Shown piece after piece: positions 60,997 through 64,000 of a stretch of 64,000 nucleotides of DNA; the first letter of the stretch is position 1; every line of letters starts with the position of its first letter. A program made the translations under genes and the position numbers. The notes beneath the pieces were generated by a model. That model saw only the letters and a list, made by a program, of their open reading frames with translations, was not told the origin of the DNA and searched no databases. Source of the DNA: a virus (Duplodnaviria; Caudoviricetes); the IMG/VR virus record IMGVR_UViG_2827231811_000003, positions 930 through 64,929 of that record; one strand, given 5' to 3'.

Positions 60997-63048
60997 GTGG
61001 ATCACCTGACAGACCTGCTCAATCACGCCACCAGCGCGGAATCCGACGCCGGGCAGCAGCGCGTCCAAGAACTCATCGCGAAACTGCGCGAGATCCAGGA
61101 CGTCGACCTGTCCGAGCTGGAAACCGCGGCCACTGGCCGTTTCGAGGAGCTGTACGCCGAGGGCGAGTACGCGCCCGACCAGGTCAGCACCCTCGAAGCG
61201 TTGGCGGACGTGACCGACGCCGTACGCACGCTCGATCAGGAGCGAAAGCAGGCACGGGACGAGCAGGACCGTCGGGTGGGTGCGCTCGCAGACCGCGTGC
61301 GCACCACCACCGATGAGGCCGAGTCCGAACAGGACACCACCAACGCTGAGAGCACCGACGACGACGGCGCTGCCCCGACTGAGGAGGGAGGCGCCGCCGC
61401 ACCACCGGCCCAGCCGACCCTCGACAGCACGCAGCAGGACGCCGACAGCGGCACCGACGGGACCGAGGGCACCACACCTCAGATCCCCGAACAGACCGCC
61501 CGCGAGACGAGCACAGAGTCGGACAATCAGCCGATCGCGGCGTCCGACTCGACGCAGCGACCGAGCACGGCTTCGGCACTCAACTCAGCTCGCAGCAACA
61601 GCCCGGCCAAACAGGAGAAGAAGACGATGCTCACCTACAGCATCACCGCTGCCGCTGAGGTCCCGGACATGCCTTTCGGGAAGGCGCTCACCACGTCGGA
61701 GATGGCCGAAGCCGCGCTCGCTCGTTACGCAACGTTCCCCGAGGGGCAGCCGACGAACGGGCCGATCAAGGCGAACGTCGCCCGCATCACCCGCACCTTC
61801 TCGGCCGACGCGTCCACGACCGGGTCGGAAATGGCCGACGCGCAGATCATCGACAAGCTCGCCGACGAGACACGCCTGCCCGGCGGTTCGCTCGTCGCGG
61901 CCGCCAACACGGCACTGACCGCCGCCGACCAGGCCCCGAGCGTCGTCAACGACATCTGGTGCAGTCCATCCGAAGTGGACTGGAATTTGTGCCCGCAGAT
62001 GGCCACCACCGCCGGCATCCTGGACCTGCCCACCGCAGGTCTGCCCCGCCGCGGCGGCATCCGCTACCCGATCTGGGACCAGTACCCCGAGCAGCCCGAC
62101 GCGTGGCGCGGCACCGTCATCGACTACCCGGAGGCCGACCCCGCGCCGGACAACTCGATCGCGAACCCGAACTACTTCCACTCGGACGGCCCCGGCGGCA
62201 CGGCCAACCTCAAAACCTGTATCTCCGGGCCGTGCGTCAGCTGGGCAGAAGAGCGCATGTCGCTGGCCTACCTGTGCGTGACCAGCGACATTCTGCGCGA
62301 CCGCACGTTCCCAGAGCTCACCGAACGGTTCATCTCGGACGTGCTGATCCACCACCAGCACTACCTGAACTCGCACTGGATTCAGCGGATCTACAACCGC
62401 TCCGACGAGCTGCCCGCGTTCGACGTCGCCAACGCCCTCGGCTCGTCCGCCGAGGCCGTGCTCGACCGCATTCCGCTGCTGGTCACCTGGTTCCGCAACG
62501 CCTACCGCATGTCCGACACCCAGACGCTCGAGATCGTCGCGCCGGTGTGGTTCCGCGAATTCCTCAAGCGCGACATCGAGCGCAAGAGCAACCGGCCGCA
62601 CGGATCGGTGTCCAACGCCGAGGTGCAGGCCCTGTTCGCCGGGTACGCCTCGCGCGTGCAGTGGGTCTACGACTGGCAGGACCTCCCCAGCACCGCCGGC
62701 GCGGGCAACGCATCCGGCAAGGTCATGCCGGACTGGTCCGCCGACACGGGCAACGGCGGCTGGCCGAACGGCGTCGAGATGATCGCCTACCCAGCCGGGT
62801 CGTGGGTGCTGTTCCAGGGCAACATCCTGAACCTGGGCGTGCAGTACGACTACACGCTGCTCCGCGAGAACCGCTACTCGGCGATGTTCAGCGAGGACGC
62901 GTGGATGCTGCTGAACCGCTGCAACCGCTCGTTCCGACTGCGCCTGACCAACCTCTGCGCGAACGGCTCTGTCGGCCCGTCCCTGGCCGCCTGCCCGCCC
63001 GCCACGACCGAGCCCGCGCCCGCAGGCGACGGCTCGACCACGGGCTGA
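60997..63048 (+). CDS. Major capsid (hexamer-type) protein with N-terminal scaffold-like region
   Basis: Coiled-coil/acidic N-terminus; WCSPSE, LPRRGGI and VQWVYDWQ core; GGAGG SD. Confidence 0.75.
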   Translation: MDHLTDLLNHATSAESDAGQQRVQELIAKLREIQDVDLSELETAATGRFEELYAEGEYAPDQVSTLEALADVTDAVRTLDQERKQARDEQDRRVGALADRVRTTTDEAESEQDTTNAESTDDDGAAPTEEGGAAAPPAQPTLDSTQQDADSGTDGTEGTTPQIPEQTARETSTESDNQPIAASDSTQRPSTASALNSARSNSPAKQEKKTMLTYSITAAAEVPDMPFGKALTTSEMAEAALARYATFPEGQPTNGPIKANVARITRTFSADASTTGSEMADAQIIDKLADETRLPGGSLVAAANTALTAADQAPSVVNDIWCSPSEVDWNLCPQMATTAGILDLPTAGLPRRGGIRYPIWDQYPEQPDAWRGTVIDYPEADPAPDNSIANPNYFHSDGPGGTANLKTCISGPCVSWAEERMSLAYLCVTSDILRDRTFPELTERFISDVLIHHQHYLNSHWIQRIYNRSDELPAFDVANALGSSAEAVLDRIPLLVTWFRNAYRMSDTQTLEIVAPVWFREFLKRDIERKSNRPHGSVSNAEVQALFAGYASRVQWVYDWQDLPSTAGAGNASGKVMPDWSADTGNGGWPNGVEMIAYPAGSWVLFQGNILNLGVQYDYTLLRENRYSAMFSEDAWMLLNRCNRSFRLRLTNLCANGSVGPSLAACPPATTEPAPAGDGSTTG

Positions 63049-63097
63049 CGACGGGACTGATGACCGGTTGGGCGAGACCAGCAGAGAGGGGTGAACG

Positions 63098-64000
63098 TTG
63101 ACAGCGCCAGCGCCCGCGATCGTCCCGCGAATGCTGGTCCCGTCGCCGGAGGCGCCGGTTCCGCAGCGCTTCGGACTGCTCAGCACCGCCAGCGTCGTCG
63201 AAGGTGTCGACACGCACGAGCTGAACGGGATCGAGTACCTGGCGGTGTGCTCGACCCAGGTCGACCCGTACCCGGTAGGGCCGTGCCCACCGGAAACACG
63301 GCCGACCAAGCAGCCAGGGCAGACCATCAGCGGGTTCGCCGCCAGCCCGTTCGGCCTGTACGCCGCCGACGAGTGCACCCTCGGCCGCGACGAAACCGAG
63401 GCCCGTGGACAGCTGCGGCAGCGGCTCCTGCTCGGCGAGCAGGCAGCCGTGGAGCGCGTCATCTACGACGGCCGGTTCGGCGGCACCGGCGATGTCGTCG
63501 TGTCGCCGAACCTGCGTCAGCAGGCGCACGTCATCGAAACGCCCGCCGCTGGCGCGGATCCGGCCGACGCCGTGGGAGCTCTCGAGCACTGGCTGGCCAG
63601 CACCTACGGCGGAGCGGGCGTGATCCACGCGCCGCGGTGGATGGCGCCGCAGCTGCACAAGGCGGGCGCTGTCACCTCGGTGAGCGGGCCGCGCGCCACC
63701 ACGCTGCTCGGCTCGTCGGTCGTGTTCGGCACCGGCTACGACGGCTCCCCACCCGTGCAAGAGCCGGCGTTGGACGACACGCACCCGTGGCTGTACATCA
63801 CGCCGCCCATCACGATCCGCCGGTCGAACATCATCGAGCCCGCCTCGTGGACCACCGGCGCGTTCGACCGTCAGCAGAACCGCGGCCTTCTACTCGCTGA
63901 GCGCATCTACGTCGTGGACTGGCCGTGCAGCGTGGCCGCGGTCAAGACCAACTCGACGATGTTCGAACCGACCGCCCAAATCGAGGAGGCGCCGCTGTGA
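63098..64000 (+). CDS. Capsid pentamer-type protein
   Basis: RFGLLS, GEQAAVER, GVIHAPR, VVFGTGY and AERIYVV pattern; follows the major capsid gene. Confidence 0.65.
   Translation: MTAPAPAIVPRMLVPSPEAPVPQRFGLLSTASVVEGVDTHELNGIEYLAVCSTQVDPYPVGPCPPETRPTKQPGQTISGFAASPFGLYAADECTLGRDETEARGQLRQRLLLGEQAAVERVIYDGRFGGTGDVVVSPNLRQQAHVIETPAAGADPADAVGALEHWLASTYGGAGVIHAPRWMAPQLHKAGAVTSVSGPRATTLLGSSVVFGTGYDGSPPVQEPALDDTHPWLYITPPITIRRSNIIEPASWTTGAFDRQQNRGLLLAERIYVVDWPCSVAAVKTNSTMFEPTAQIEEAPL

Larger units (their letters stand above)
1..64000. mobile_element. Probable conjugative phage-plasmid of a filamentous actinomycete (near-complete circular replicon)
   Basis: Virion, lysis, Rep/iteron, ParA, TraB/Spd and recombinase modules occur together; no host core genes; gene order appears to wrap from window end to window start. 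Confidence 0.8.

Noticed and set aside
1-64000. Integrated prophage with attL/attR and host flanks
   Set aside because: No host genes or terminal direct repeats visible; cannot be excluded outside the window

Overview
High-GC actinomycete mobile element with no recognisable host housekeeping genes. It is best read as almost the whole of a circular phage-plasmid of about 65 kb (inference). The window opens in the 3' end of a probable major tail gene and closes on the stop codon of a capsid gene that normally lies just upstream of it. It encodes a siphovirus-type virion set resembling mycobacteriophage cluster B: portal, MuF-protease fusion, separate hexamer- and pentamer-type capsid proteins, head-tail adaptor, tape measure, minor tails, amidase endolysin and holin. 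These genes are broken into several blocks on both strands. It also has a plasmid-type Rep with internal iterons, a type Ib ParA system, a Streptomyces-style TraB/Spd conjugation module, two tyrosine recombinases, WhiB and SsgA-like host-development regulators, two DNA methyltransferase-fold fusion proteins and a tRNA-Gly. The most notable observations are: (i) a 17-18 bp motif 29-41 nt upstream of six late genes, which would coordinate the scattered virion blocks; (ii) a terminase split into an ATPase gene, a degenerate nuclease paralogue, and an intact nuclease gene inside a DNA-modification operon on the opposite strand; (iii) a methyltransferase-ArdC fusion; (iv) a clt-like structured locus next to traB; (v) two further genome-wide regulatory motifs. 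All protein calls come from motif recognition by eye; no database search was run.
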